The notes: generated from the sequence alone by a model not told the origin. Positions 9,661 to 19,122 are shown, numbered from the whole stretch's first letter. The stretch is 55,377 nt of DNA, filler included, from Candidatus Zhuqueibacterota bacterium (GCA_016783505.1; 4 parts of 4 records of this genome joined end to end with filler, not necessarily neighbours in it), one strand, 5' to 3'. A program made the numbers and translations.

Positions 9661-10053
9661 TTAATCAACTTCTGTCTTTTTTAAAGCCGGCTCCTCGGTG
9701 ATAACCCCAACCGCTTCGGCCGGTTTCTCTTCCTCGGTTTTTTCAGCCGCCACCTCACCGGCTTTTTTAACGGATATGCTCAGGGTTAAATACCGAAAGA
9801 TGGCGTTGTTTAATTTGAAGTGCCGTTCCAGTTGGACGATCAGCCCCCCGGGGACCTTGAATACAATGTTTACATAATAGCCGTATTGCTTCTTCTCAAT
9901 TTCATAAGCCAGTCTTTTTTTACCCCACTTGTCAATGGTGAGGTCCTCGCCGCCATTCTTCAGTATAAAATCAACCACCCCGTTAAGGGTTGTCTCAATT
10001 TTTTCGTCCTTCAGCAGCGGATCAATGATAAAGGTGGTTTCATAAGTACGCAT
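9661..10053 (-). CDS. rpsF: 30S ribosomal protein S6
   Basis: MRTYETTFI, WGKKRLAYEI...GYY. Confidence 0.98.
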   Translation of the reverse strand: MRTYETTFIIDPLLKDEKIETTLNGVVDFILKNGGEDLTIDKWGKKRLAYEIEKKQYGYYVNIVFKVPGGLIVQLERHFKLNNAIFRYLTLSISVKKAGEVAAEKTEEEKPAEAVGVITEEPALKKTEVD

Positions 10054-10129
10054 CAATGTCCCTCACTTTTAACTGACATTTAATTTCTTGTAACAGTTTA
10101 GCCGTATTAAGCCAGCCGGCGCCATATGG

Positions 10130-10465
10130 CATAATGGAGTGTTGGGATGTTGGAGTATTGGTGAGAAATGAACTTCAATATTCCATCTTGGATCGTATTT
10201 ATTGCGAAGGGCGTTTACTCCAACCATAGTTATCACGACTTTTCATCATAGGCTACATTCGATTCTTTGATTATCAGGGTGTCAACCCAATTGCCTGTGC
10301 TGAGATTCGTTTCAGTTCATAGGGGAACTACCGGAATATCTGACAGGTCATGACGTAGAGTTTGATAGCATCTTGCCAAACAATTAGTTGCTGATAACCC
10401 CGATTCTTATTCTTCCGTGTCATTCAGGACTCCTAATTCCATTACTCCATCACTCCATCACTCCA
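10130..10465. mobile_element. Element bounded by inverted 8-mer tandem repeats
   Basis: Left ATAATGGAGTGTTGGGATGTTGGAGTATTGG (10131-10161); right TTCCATTACTCCATCACTCCATCACTCCA (10437-10465); encloses the pseudogene. Confidence 0.65.
10233..10423 (-). pseudogene. Four-helix-bundle (IVS/TIGR02436-like) protein pseudogene
   Basis: GGAG RBS then MTRKNKNRGYQQLIVWQDAIKLYVMTCQIFR*FPYELKRISAQAIG, jumping to ...VDTLIIKESNVAYDEKS*; internal TAG and a missing middle. Confidence 0.75.
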
Positions 10466-10543
10466 AGTAAAGAAACAGTAACAATTTCTGTTCCCCTGCA
10501 TATTTTATTTTTAGTTCTTCGATCTTTGGCATTTTTTCTCTTA

Positions 10544-12589
10544 TCAGATCAACCCGGAAAACCCGGCCAGCACCGGGGCAAACACTAAGGCGATGATGGA
10601 CATTAGCTTGATCATGATGTTCAGTGAGGGGCCGGAGGTATCCTTCATGGGGTCTCCCACCGTATCGCCCACCACCCCCGCCTTATGGGCCTCGGATCCT
10701 TTTCCCCCAAAATTCCCCTTCTCGATCCATTTCTTGGCGTTATCCCAGGAACCTCCGGCGTTGGCCATGGTGATGGCCAGGATAAACCCCGTGGCAATAG
10801 CCCCGATCAAAAACCCGGCTAATGCCTTGGGACCTAAGAGGAAACCCACCACGATGGGGGAAATAACCGTCATCAGGCCTGGGGCTAGCATCTCCCTAAG
10901 GGCCGCTCGGGTGCATATATCAACGCAGCGACTGTATTCCGGCCTGGCCTTCCCCTCCATGAGACCCTTGATCTCCCGAAACTGTCTTCGAACCTCATTG
11001 ATAATGGCAAACGATGTCCGGCCTACTGCGGTCAGGGTCAACGAGCAGAAGACTGCGGGCAGCATAGCCCCGATGAAAAGCCCGGCAATAACCCTGGCAT
11101 CCAGCAAACTGACCTCAGCCACCTGGATGTGGGCGGCTTTAGTGTAGGAGAGCATCAGGGCCAGGGCGGTTAAAGCTGCAGCCCCGATGGCAAATCCCTT
11201 CCCGGTGGCGGCGGTGGTATTACCCAGGGAGTCTAAGGCGTCGGTCCGCTCCCGGATCTCCGGGGGCAGCCCCACCATCTCCACGATCCCGCCGGCATTA
11301 TCGGCCACCGGTCCGTAGGCGTCGGTGGCTAAGGTGATCCCCAGGGTGGACAGCATACCGATGCCGGCGATGGCCACCCCATAGACATCGGCCAGTTGGT
11401 AGGCCAGTATCACCGCCCCAGCTACAAGCAGGATGGGGGGTAAGGTACTGAACAGTCCGTTGGCAAACCCCCGCACGACGGTGGTTCCCGCCCCGGTCTG
11501 CGCCGCCTCGGCAATCCTACGGGTGGGACCGTAAGCATAGGAGGTAAAATAATTGGTGCTTTCCCCGATAATCACCCCGGCCACCAATCCGGTAAGCACC
11601 GCCCAGAAGACCTTTAGATCAACTTTCAGCAGATAAACGGCCAGAAAGGAAAAGCCTGCGGTAAGAATAGAAGCCGAAAAGGTCCCCCGCCTTAAGGCTC
11701 CCAGTAAGGCCCCCATGTCCGGTTTTGTTCCCACCCGGACCAAAAAAGTACCAATGATGGAAGCGATGATCCCACCGGCAGCCACCATCATGGGGAGAAA
11801 CCAGGCCACCTGCTCGTCAGGCACCAGGGGGTTTCCTTTGTTTACGGCTGGGAGCAGGGCTACAATGGCCAGGGTCATGGTGGCGATGATGGAATCCACG
11901 TAGGACTCAAACAGATCGGCCCCCATGCCGGCCACATCCCCCACGTTATCCCCCACGAAATCGGCGATCACCGCGGCATTGCGGGGGTCGTCCTCGGGAA
12001 TACCCTTTTCCACCTTCCCCACCAGATCGGCGCCCGTATCAGCCGCCTTGGTGTAAATACCCCCGCCCGCCCGGGCAAAGATAGCCACCGACGAAGCCCC
12101 GAAACCAAAGCCCGGAATAATGGACAAAAAATTGACATGCCCATGAAAGGCAAAGTAAAGCATGCTCAAACCGAGAATTCCGATGGAGACCACACACATC
12201 CCCATTACCGCTCCCCCCCGAAAGGAAACCCGCAGTCCCTCGTTCAAGCTCTGCTGGGCCGCGGCTGCCGTCCGCGAGTTGGAGCGGACGGCCATTCCCA
12301 TCCCAATGTATCCGGCCAGGGCCGAACAAACCGCCCCGAAGACAAAGGCCAGCGCCACCCACCATCCCAGCTTGGGAATCAATCCCAAAACAAGCCCAAC
12401 TACCACCACAAACAAGGCCAGGATACGATATTCCCTGCCTAGAAAGGCCACCGCCCCCTCCTGGACAGCCGCCGATATCTCCCTCATCTGATCAGAACCC
12501 TGATCCTTCTTCAGCACGGCGAAGATCAGATAAGTAGCAAAGATTAGTCCCAAAATTCCGGAAAACACAGCATAAAAGACCGGATCCAT
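10544..12589 (-). CDS. hppA: Membrane-integral pyrophosphatase (K+-dependent, probably Na+-translocating)
   Basis: GGIYTKAADTGADLVGKVE, DNVGDVAG, GNTTAA (Ala at the K+-dependence site), GDTVGDPMKDTSGP. Confidence 0.95.
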   Translation of the reverse strand: MDPVFYAVFSGILGLIFATYLIFAVLKKDQGSDQMREISAAVQEGAVAFLGREYRILALFVVVVGLVLGLIPKLGWWVALAFVFGAVCSALAGYIGMGMAVRSNSRTAAAAQQSLNEGLRVSFRGGAVMGMCVVSIGILGLSMLYFAFHGHVNFLSIIPGFGFGASSVAIFARAGGGIYTKAADTGADLVGKVEKGIPEDDPRNAAVIADFVGDNVGDVAGMGADLFESYVDSIIATMTLAIVALLPAVNKGNPLVPDEQVAWFLPMMVAAGGIIASIIGTFLVRVGTKPDMGALLGALRRGTFSASILTAGFSFLAVYLLKVDLKVFWAVLTGLVAGVIIGESTNYFTSYAYGPTRRIAEAAQTGAGTTVVRGFANGLFSTLPPILLVAGAVILAYQLADVYGVAIAGIGMLSTLGITLATDAYGPVADNAGGIVEMVGLPPEIRERTDALDSLGNTTAATGKGFAIGAAALTALALMLSYTKAAHIQVAEVSLLDARVIAGLFIGAMLPAVFCSLTLTAVGRTSFAIINEVRRQFREIKGLMEGKARPEYSRCVDICTRAALREMLAPGLMTVISPIVVGFLLGPKALAGFLIGAIATGFILAITMANAGGSWDNAKKWIEKGNFGGKGSEAHKAGVVGDTVGDPMKDTSGPSLNIMIKLMSIIALVFAPVLAGFSGLI

Positions 12590-12688
12590 TTCATCTACTC
12601 CACTTAAACCTTTACTTTAAAGAAATCATATATTTTTAATAAGTTTTGGAAATTGCGAGTTATTTGAATAATATATCATCTATCAATC

Positions 12689-13063
12689 CTAAAATTCAGT
12701 AAACTCTCTTCTCTTAAGTCCTGATAGATCTAAGGTGCCATCCTTTGGGTTGGGAATTATCTCCCACTCCTCCATAGTCAAAGCACCAATAAGAACATCA
12801 ATCACCTTTCCATCCACTTTTCCCACCTCATCAATAGGTATTACTTCAGTATGAAATACAAGCCCCTCGATTCTTCCTTCAACTGAACAATATTCCTTTA
12901 CCTCAATTTTTCTTCCGCCTAATGCTATTTTATAAGACTCGGATAAGGTACGGATAGGGACACTTTCTAAAAGCCGACTTGAAACATAGGTATGCATTGA
13001 GCCAGTATCAAATAATGTCTTAGCCTTTTTACCTTCAATTTCTATCTCTTTTAAAATCCCCAT
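12689..13063 (-). CDS. Retropepsin-like aspartyl protease
   Basis: LFDTGS catalytic motif, LIGALTME; GGAGG RBS. Confidence 0.8.
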   Translation of the reverse strand: MGILKEIEIEGKKAKTLFDTGSMHTYVSSRLLESVPIRTLSESYKIALGGRKIEVKEYCSVEGRIEGLVFHTEVIPIDEVGKVDGKVIDVLIGALTMEEWEIIPNPKDGTLDLSGLKRREFTEF

Positions 13064-13176
13064 CTTAACCTCCATTGTAAAGATCAGGAGCTACTTTTTC
13101 CAGACGATCTCTATTGGCTTTTCTGTTTTTCAAAATTTCTTTTACATTGCCCATATAAAATCCTTATTATTAGGAC

Positions 13177-13248
13177 ATATAACGACCAATCTCACCTGAC
13201 GCTATGGAGCGCAGCGGAAAATCGGTCAGGTGGAGCGCCTTGTTAGCC
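13177..13248 (-). mobile_element. attC site (72 bp)
   Basis: Minus strand GGCTAAC AAGGC GCTCCACCTGAC CGATTTTCCGCTGCGCTCCATAGC GTCAGGTGAG ATTGGTC GTTATAT. Confidence 0.88.
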
Positions 13249-13366
13249 CTCCATTATGCGACAAACGCCTCCGCATAATTCTTTCTACAAGAAGCAGTCA
13301 AGTACAACTTCTTGGTAGGCATTGATATTTTGCTCACAACTTTTTCTGCACATCCATTTCCAAAAA

Positions 13367-14026
13367 TCACCGTACTACCCGAACCCAAGCGTTGTAGCTA
13401 TCCGGCTCTAAGTTGAGCATTCCGTCGTAGAAATAGAGCATCCATATTCGACCGTCAGTAGCGCGATCTGACGTCCATATGAAATTTATGCCACGCTCGA
13501 ATTCCGGATCGATGTGAAAGCGGTCATATGCTTGCGGCTCCATCAATGACATGGCCTCTTCGACAGTCGGTAAACGCCAGTCATTGAATCCTGCGAACTT
13601 TTCGGCATTTATGCGATGGACGTATTGTTCCGCATCTGCAAATGTCATTCGATCTGATGAACCACCCTTCTCCCACATTAGACCAGTGGCGGCGTCAAGC
13701 AGTATTACAGCGTTATCTCTAATCTGAGACTCATACCGGTGTGCGATACCCTTTCCGCTTGGATTCCACCTTTTTTCGTAAAACCCATGTTTTGCGAGAA
13801 GAACTTTAACCACATCGCTCGAAAGAATCTTTGGTTTATGCCGCAGAGTAACAACGGCAGGCCTATCGGAGAAAAAGCCTTGTATCTGTTTAATGATTTT
13901 ATGGGTAGCATCTGTAAAACTAGATATGGCTATGATGGTTATTCCAAAAACAATAAGTATGGCCACTACGCGGTTATTCTTTAATAGAGTTATGATGTTA
14001 TCTACTTGAGTTTTTTGTTCTGACAT
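13367..14026 (-). CDS. DUF1566 (Lcl C-terminal) protein, probable cassette ORF
   Basis: DAATGLMWE, GFNDWRLPTVEE, WTSD, C-terminal WVRVVR; followed by attC. Confidence 0.88.
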   Translation of the reverse strand: MSEQKTQVDNIITLLKNNRVVAILIVFGITIIAISSFTDATHKIIKQIQGFFSDRPAVVTLRHKPKILSSDVVKVLLAKHGFYEKRWNPSGKGIAHRYESQIRDNAVILLDAATGLMWEKGGSSDRMTFADAEQYVHRINAEKFAGFNDWRLPTVEEAMSLMEPQAYDRFHIDPEFERGINFIWTSDRATDGRIWMLYFYDGMLNLEPDSYNAWVRVVR

Positions 14027-14049
14027 AACGCTCTCCTTGAAATACACCA

Positions 14050-14149
14050 NNNNNNNNNNNNNNNNNNNNNNNNNNNNNNNNNNNNNNNNNNNNTTAATTA
14101 ATTAANNNNNNNNNNNNNNNNNNNNNNNNNNNNNNNNNNNNNNNNNNNN
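14050..14149. other. Artificial contig linker
   Basis: N-run + TTAATTAATTAA (stops in all frames) + N-run. Confidence 0.98.
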
Positions 14150-14287
14150 AAATTCAAATATCTCCCTGTCTATTTGCTGCAGTTCGCCCATCATAAGTTT
14201 GATTTTAGTGATTTTTTTTAATTTTTCTTTTTTTGATACCTCAAGTGCAGTAGAAATTACTGCTTCTGCTAACGCCCATTCATGCAT
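14150..14287 (-). CDS. hypA: Hydrogenase nickel chaperone HypA, 5' part
   Basis: MHEWALA...GELQQID; truncated by contig end. Confidence 0.9.
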
Positions 14288-14326
14288 GCAAATCTCCTCG
14301 TGCCGTCTCGACTATAAACAACTACG

Positions 14327-14479
14327 ATGTACTACATCCCCAAAAAGCGAATTGACCCCATTCCCGACCACTTCAAAAGCATCGGAGAAGCCGCTGATTT
14401 CTGGGATACCCACAGTCTTGCTGATTACTGGGATCAAACCAAAGAGGTTTATTTTGACATCGAGATTTTCGTTGACTAA
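14327..14479 (+). pseudogene. CopG/BrnA-like antitoxin fragment
   Basis: MYYIPKKRIDPIPDHFKSIGEAADFWDTHSLADYWDQTKEVYFDIEIFVD has the 'IP.F.S..EAA.FWDTH' N-terminus; no DNA-binding C-terminus and no toxin partner. Confidence 0.6.
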
Positions 14480-14560
14480 ACCCTAACCTTCGGAAGGTTT
14501 TACATTTAAGCTACAGCCTTTTCGGAACGATCACTCAGGAAGAGGGCTTCATCAAAACTT

Positions 14561-16768
14561 TCAGGGCTTTACCACAATTTTCCCTTCACCGGCCTCAGTA
14601 AAGTCTCCGATATGGGCGACTCCCGTGATTCCTTTTACCTTCAACGCTTTCAGCAGTTTGTCCTTTCGCTCGGCGGGCAGGGCGATGAGTAGACCACCGG
14701 AGGTCTGGGCATCACAGAGGATAAGCCTGCCGGGATGGGGGATACGGTCGTCCCACTGAACGCAATCTGAGACATACTCCAGATTGGAAAGGGTGCCACC
14801 GGGAACCACCCCGGCCCCGGCAAGACTTAAGGCTTCTTCAAGCACAGGGACCCTGCTGAGATATATCACCGCATTCAGGTGACCGCCCCTGGTCATCTCC
14901 TTTAAATGACCTAACAGTCCGAAGCCGGTGACATCGGTGCAGGCGTTGGCACCCACCTTCATCATGGCCTCAGAGGCCCCCTGGTTGAGCATTTCCATCA
15001 CCCCGATAGCTTTGTCCGTCAGTTCCGCCCCGGCAAGGTCCCGTTTCATAGCGGTGGAGATGATCCCCAATCCTATTGGCTTTGTTAAAATAATGGCATC
15101 CCCCGGCTGAGCCCGGTCATTAGTTAGCACCCTATCGGGGTTGATGATTCCGGTAACCACCAGACCGAATTTGGGCTCGTTATCCTCGACGGTATGACCG
15201 CCGAGGATGCTCATTCCAGCCTCAGCCGCCTTATCATGGGCACCTTTCAAAATCTGATGCAGGACCTCAAGGGGCAGCCTCTTTTCTGGAAACCCGACGA
15301 TGCTGAGACCGAAGATGGGTTTTCCCCCCATGGCATAGATGTCGCTTAAGGAGTTGGCAGCGGCAATGGCACCAAAATGATAGGGGTCATCCACCACCGG
15401 GGTGAAGAAATCCACTGTCTGAACAATAGCCATGCCATCTCGTAGGCGATAGACAGCGGCATCGTCAGCGGTGGTGGTGCCCACTATCACATTGGGGTCT
15501 TTAAGGGGCGATAGATGACTGAGCACCGCCTCCAGGGCCTGGGGACGCAATTTACAGGCACAACCCAATCCGTGGGTATAATGGGTCAATTTGATGGTTT
15601 TCAAATCCGCTACTTGTAGGGTTGGGCCCACAGCCTCCGGGCGCAAGCGATTAACTGCATTGGTGATGATGTCAATAGCTCGGTCAATCTCCTCCACAGT
15701 ATTGGTGCGACCTACTGAAAATCGAATGGTTTGGAAAGCGACATTAAGGGGAACTTTCATAGCCATAAGCACTGGGGAAGGTTCCGCCAAATCCTCGTGA
15801 CAGGCAGCACCCGCTGAGGCAGCCACCTCATCCAGTTCGGAAAGCAGGGTATTGGCATCCAGATCCGGAAAGCTTACGCTGAGGGTATTTGGCAGCCTCT
15901 TTTCGGGATGACCGTTAAGCTTGATGTCGGGAAAATTTTTCTTTAACCCCTCCCACAAATGATCGCGCAGCTTTCGCATATGGGCCGTGTTCTTCTCTAA
16001 ATCCCCCCCGGCGATCTCGGCTGCCTTGCCCAGTCCGACAATTTCAAGGACGTTTTCAGTACCTGCCCTGCGACCCTGCTCGTGATCGGCCCCATGCACG
16101 AGGATTTCAATCTTAGTCCCACGCCTGATGTAAAGAGCACCGATTCCCTTGGGGGCGTAGAATTTGTGTCCGGCTATAGAGAGGAGATCAATACCTAAAT
16201 CCTCCACCTTAACCGGTATTTTTCCCACCGATTGGGCGGCATCGGTGTGAAAAATTATCCCATGGCGCCTGGCAATTTTGCTGATCTCAGGGATGGGCTG
16301 AATAGTGCCCACTTCATTGTTGGCGTGCATGATGGTGATGAGAATGGTTTCCGGGGTAATGGTTTTTTCTACGGCTCCAGGGTTGACCATTCCATATTCA
16401 TCCACCGGGAGATAGGTGACTTTAAAGCCATCACCTTCCAGATATTTACACACATTAATCACCGCTGGATGCTCGATTTGGGAGGTAATAATATGGTTTC
16501 CCCGCTGGCGATGGGCTATGGCGACCCCTTTTATGGCAAAGTTATTGGATTCGGTGCCGCCGCTGGTAAATATTACCTCATCGGGGTAGCAGCCCAAAAG
16601 CTCGGTCAACATCTGGCGGGCTTGCTCCACCGCTCGCTTCGCCTGAACCCCATACCAGTGGGAACTGGAGGGATTGCCAAAATGTTCCCGTAAGTAAGGG
16701 ATCATAGCCTCGGCCACCCCCGGATCAATAGGGGTGGTGGCGTTATGATCAAGATAAATGGGTTTCAT
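14561..16768 (-). CDS. selD: Fusion of NifS/selenocysteine-lyase-like PLP enzyme and selenophosphate synthetase SelD
   Basis: N-terminal half: YLDHNATT, FTSGGTESNN, HKFYAPKG, SAGAACH. C-terminal half: GCACKL, DDAAVY, QTVDFFTPVVDDP, TDVTGFGLLGH, DAQTSGGLL. Confidence 0.95.
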   Translation of the reverse strand: MKPIYLDHNATTPIDPGVAEAMIPYLREHFGNPSSSHWYGVQAKRAVEQARQMLTELLGCYPDEVIFTSGGTESNNFAIKGVAIAHRQRGNHIITSQIEHPAVINVCKYLEGDGFKVTYLPVDEYGMVNPGAVEKTITPETILITIMHANNEVGTIQPIPEISKIARRHGIIFHTDAAQSVGKIPVKVEDLGIDLLSIAGHKFYAPKGIGALYIRRGTKIEILVHGADHEQGRRAGTENVLEIVGLGKAAEIAGGDLEKNTAHMRKLRDHLWEGLKKNFPDIKLNGHPEKRLPNTLSVSFPDLDANTLLSELDEVAASAGAACHEDLAEPSPVLMAMKVPLNVAFQTIRFSVGRTNTVEEIDRAIDIITNAVNRLRPEAVGPTLQVADLKTIKLTHYTHGLGCACKLRPQALEAVLSHLSPLKDPNVIVGTTTADDAAVYRLRDGMAIVQTVDFFTPVVDDPYHFGAIAAANSLSDIYAMGGKPIFGLSIVGFPEKRLPLEVLHQILKGAHDKAAEAGMSILGGHTVEDNEPKFGLVVTGIINPDRVLTNDRAQPGDAIILTKPIGLGIISTAMKRDLAGAELTDKAIGVMEMLNQGASEAMMKVGANACTDVTGFGLLGHLKEMTRGGHLNAVIYLSRVPVLEEALSLAGAGVVPGGTLSNLEYVSDCVQWDDRIPHPGRLILCDAQTSGGLLIALPAERKDKLLKALKVKGITGVAHIGDFTEAGEGKIVVKP

Positions 16769-16797
16769 AATGTCCCAAGAACTTTCCAGGGATATTC

Positions 16798-16998
16798 CTA
16801 TGAGAGATTACAAGTCGGGCACACACCCTCTGTGCATTCGGTCTTCACATCGGATGATGATGCAAACACTGAAAACTGCTTGACGGGGCAGGAGGCGCCG
16901 CATTTCGGACAGATAACATCCTTGTTTGTACCACTTATGTTTTGCAGTAGTTCAAATTTTGTGCCGCACTTCCGGCATTTGTACTCGTAGATTGGCAT
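16798..16998 (-). CDS. FmdB-family zinc-ribbon protein
   Basis: MPIYEYKC..CG..FE, CPKCG, terminal C...CPTC. Confidence 0.9.
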   Translation of the reverse strand: MPIYEYKCRKCGTKFELLQNISGTNKDVICPKCGASCPVKQFSVFASSSDVKTECTEGVCPTCNLS

Positions 16999-17116
16999 AG
17001 TGACTCCTCCGTAGAAGTTATCAGTAGGTCATGCTAAGAAGCTTGTAAATTGCCTAAATTGCCAAAAATTCAAAAATTTTTATAATAATTCAAATAATTC
17101 GATGTAGCTTAATATA

Positions 17117-17137
17117 TACACTGTTACAAACAGTGTA
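17117..17137. promoter_or_regulatory. Perfect 9-3-9 palindrome, candidate operator
   Basis: TACACTGTT-ACA-AACAGTGTA upstream of the fmdB-nifS/selD genes. Confidence 0.4.
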
Positions 17138-17241
17138 AGATCATTAACCGGCGAGGTTTTGGAGTGAAGCGACCAGCCTGTCCCGATCATTCGGGATGTC
17201 GCTTCATGCATCCCGAACCTTCGGGATTACTGCAGGAGGAT

Positions 17242-17267
17242 TAGGATAGGAATTTATTCCTATCCTA
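17242..17267 (-). terminator. Hairpin directly after the aminotransferase stop
   Basis: TAGGATAGGAAT-TT-ATTCCTATCCTA perfect stem; no clear U-tract. Confidence 0.4.
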
Positions 17268-17268
17268 C

Positions 17269-18555
17269 CTAAGAGACAGAGTGGTTGCGAAAAAAATCCA
17301 AAACGTCCTGTAGCTTTTGTGACAATTTTTTAATGACATCCGGTGTCATCCCGGCGTAACCAAAGCGGAGACATCCCGGAGCGCCGAATACGCTGGCGGG
17401 TATGACACTGAACTTTTCTAATTCCATAGCCTTTTCCACGAAGGTTCGGTCATCAACCTTTATATCATCAGGCAGTTTGGCAAGAACACTGATCGCTCCG
17501 GATGGAGTATCCTTGTCTCTTCCAGCTAAGGTAAAACCCTTGGCCTTGAGCACAGAAATCATCAGGTCCCGGCGTCTTTTGAGTTCTTCTTTAATCGCAG
17601 TGATAAACCCTGGAGGCCGATGGTTTTCGAGATCATTGACCTCGGGCCTCAGGATTTCAATCAACCTCCGTTGACCGAGGATATTGGGTGAGGAAGAAGA
17701 AGATCGGATAAGGTTTGGTATCCAGTGATTGGTGAACGATTTATTCGCAGACAATATATAGCCCACTCTGGCCCCCGGGATCAGGTATTCTTTCGAGGCA
17801 GAGCTTACAACAACCGTGCGCTCCGGGGCAAACCCCAGCATGGACTGCGGCTCACCCTCGTATCGCAGATAATTGTAAACCTCATCGGAGATGATGATCA
17901 GCCCCAGCCGCCGGGCAAGTATGGCCAGATTTGCCATTTCAGCATCGGTCAATACATCCCCCGAGGGATTAACAGGGAAATTGATCAGAAGAGAGGTTAT
18001 GTTATGTGTTTTAATCACCCTTTCGGCGATCTCGGGACTGAAGTGATCATTTTTATCAAACAGATTTACCACGATGGGGTTGCCACCGGCATTTCGGATG
18101 ATACCCCGGTAATTACTCCAATAAAGTCTCATAAGACCGACATTCTGTTGGTAAGCAAACAGGCGCATAACAATCGCTAATCCCTCTGTAGCTCCGGAGA
18201 CAATTGCTACATGGTTTTTGTCCAGTCCATCAGCGGGTATTCCAGGCCTCCCTTCCAGCCGATAAGCCAGGGTCCAGAATCTGGCGATCAACTCCCGCAG
18301 CTCTTCCAGCCCGGCGGTGGGACCGTAATAGATCTCTTTTTTCGGAAAAATTCCCACAACCTGGCCCTGGTCACAGCGGATGAAGTCGGGGTTTTGGGCG
18401 GCAATGGCCTTTGCCCTTGCCACAACCGCCGGAATTATTGGCTCAGAAGCGATGGTCTCCCGCATCCCCGCAGGCATGAATTTCCAGGCACATTCCAAAA
18501 GAGGGGTTGCGTCTTCAGGATCTTTAACGACGTGCTCGAAGTTGTCATTCAACAT
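17269..18555 (-). CDS. PLP-dependent aminotransferase class I/II
   Basis: YGPTAG..ELR, NFPVNPSG, ISDEVY, SASKEYLIPGARVG, LRFGYA. Confidence 0.9.
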   Translation of the reverse strand: MLNDNFEHVVKDPEDATPLLECAWKFMPAGMRETIASEPIIPAVVARAKAIAAQNPDFIRCDQGQVVGIFPKKEIYYGPTAGLEELRELIARFWTLAYRLEGRPGIPADGLDKNHVAIVSGATEGLAIVMRLFAYQQNVGLMRLYWSNYRGIIRNAGGNPIVVNLFDKNDHFSPEIAERVIKTHNITSLLINFPVNPSGDVLTDAEMANLAILARRLGLIIISDEVYNYLRYEGEPQSMLGFAPERTVVVSSASKEYLIPGARVGYILSANKSFTNHWIPNLIRSSSSSPNILGQRRLIEILRPEVNDLENHRPPGFITAIKEELKRRRDLMISVLKAKGFTLAGRDKDTPSGAISVLAKLPDDIKVDDRTFVEKAMELEKFSVIPASVFGAPGCLRFGYAGMTPDVIKKLSQKLQDVLDFFRNHSVS

Positions 18556-18575
18556 GCTATGTTTCCTCTGTTTCC

Positions 18576-18950
18576 TTAATGCTCGCATTCGGTTTTGTCA
18601 ACCCCGTAGCCCTTTCCTGAACCGGGACGGCATAGGCTCTCACCCCCCTTAAGCTCGCCTTTGAGCAACATGTCAATTGTCTCGTCCACTTTACCAGTTA
18701 TTCCTAGGACGAGTTGAATATTTTTTTCGTCAAAGAGCATTTGGGCCCGCTGGCCGGCCCCTCCGGCAATGACGGCATTGATCCCCATTTCGGCGAAGAA
18801 TTGGGGCAGAAACCCCGGATGATGACCAGGATTGGCGATAACTTCTGTGTTTACTATTTTGCCCTCGTCGATCTCCACGACCGTGAAAGTTGGACACCTG
18901 CCGAAATGGGCGGAAACAAAATCACCGTCTGTAGAAACTGCTATTTTCAT
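18576..18950 (-). CDS. NifB/NifX-family (COG1433) cofactor-binding protein
   Basis: MKIAVS..G..VSAHFGRCPTF, GGAG..A. Confidence 0.9.
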   Translation of the reverse strand: MKIAVSTDGDFVSAHFGRCPTFTVVEIDEGKIVNTEVIANPGHHPGFLPQFFAEMGINAVIAGGAGQRAQMLFDEKNIQLVLGITGKVDETIDMLLKGELKGGESLCRPGSGKGYGVDKTECEH

Positions 18951-19122
18951 TTGATTCTCCTTTTTTTAACATTGACAAATTAAATTTAACAATATTTAGT
19001 TTAATAATCCAGAGAATTCTTGATTTTTAACCTTGATTATAAAAATTTATTTTTAATGCAGGGTGTAGATGCAAAAGCAGAGCTTTTGTACTACGGGGAA
19101 TTTTTAATTTTGTTCTTTATCT

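Noticed and set aside
10130-10465. Short tandem repeats as a possible CRISPR array
   Set aside because: Units are 7-9 bp without unique spacers, and there are no cas genes; no CRISPR, tRNA or rRNA was recognised anywhere in the window
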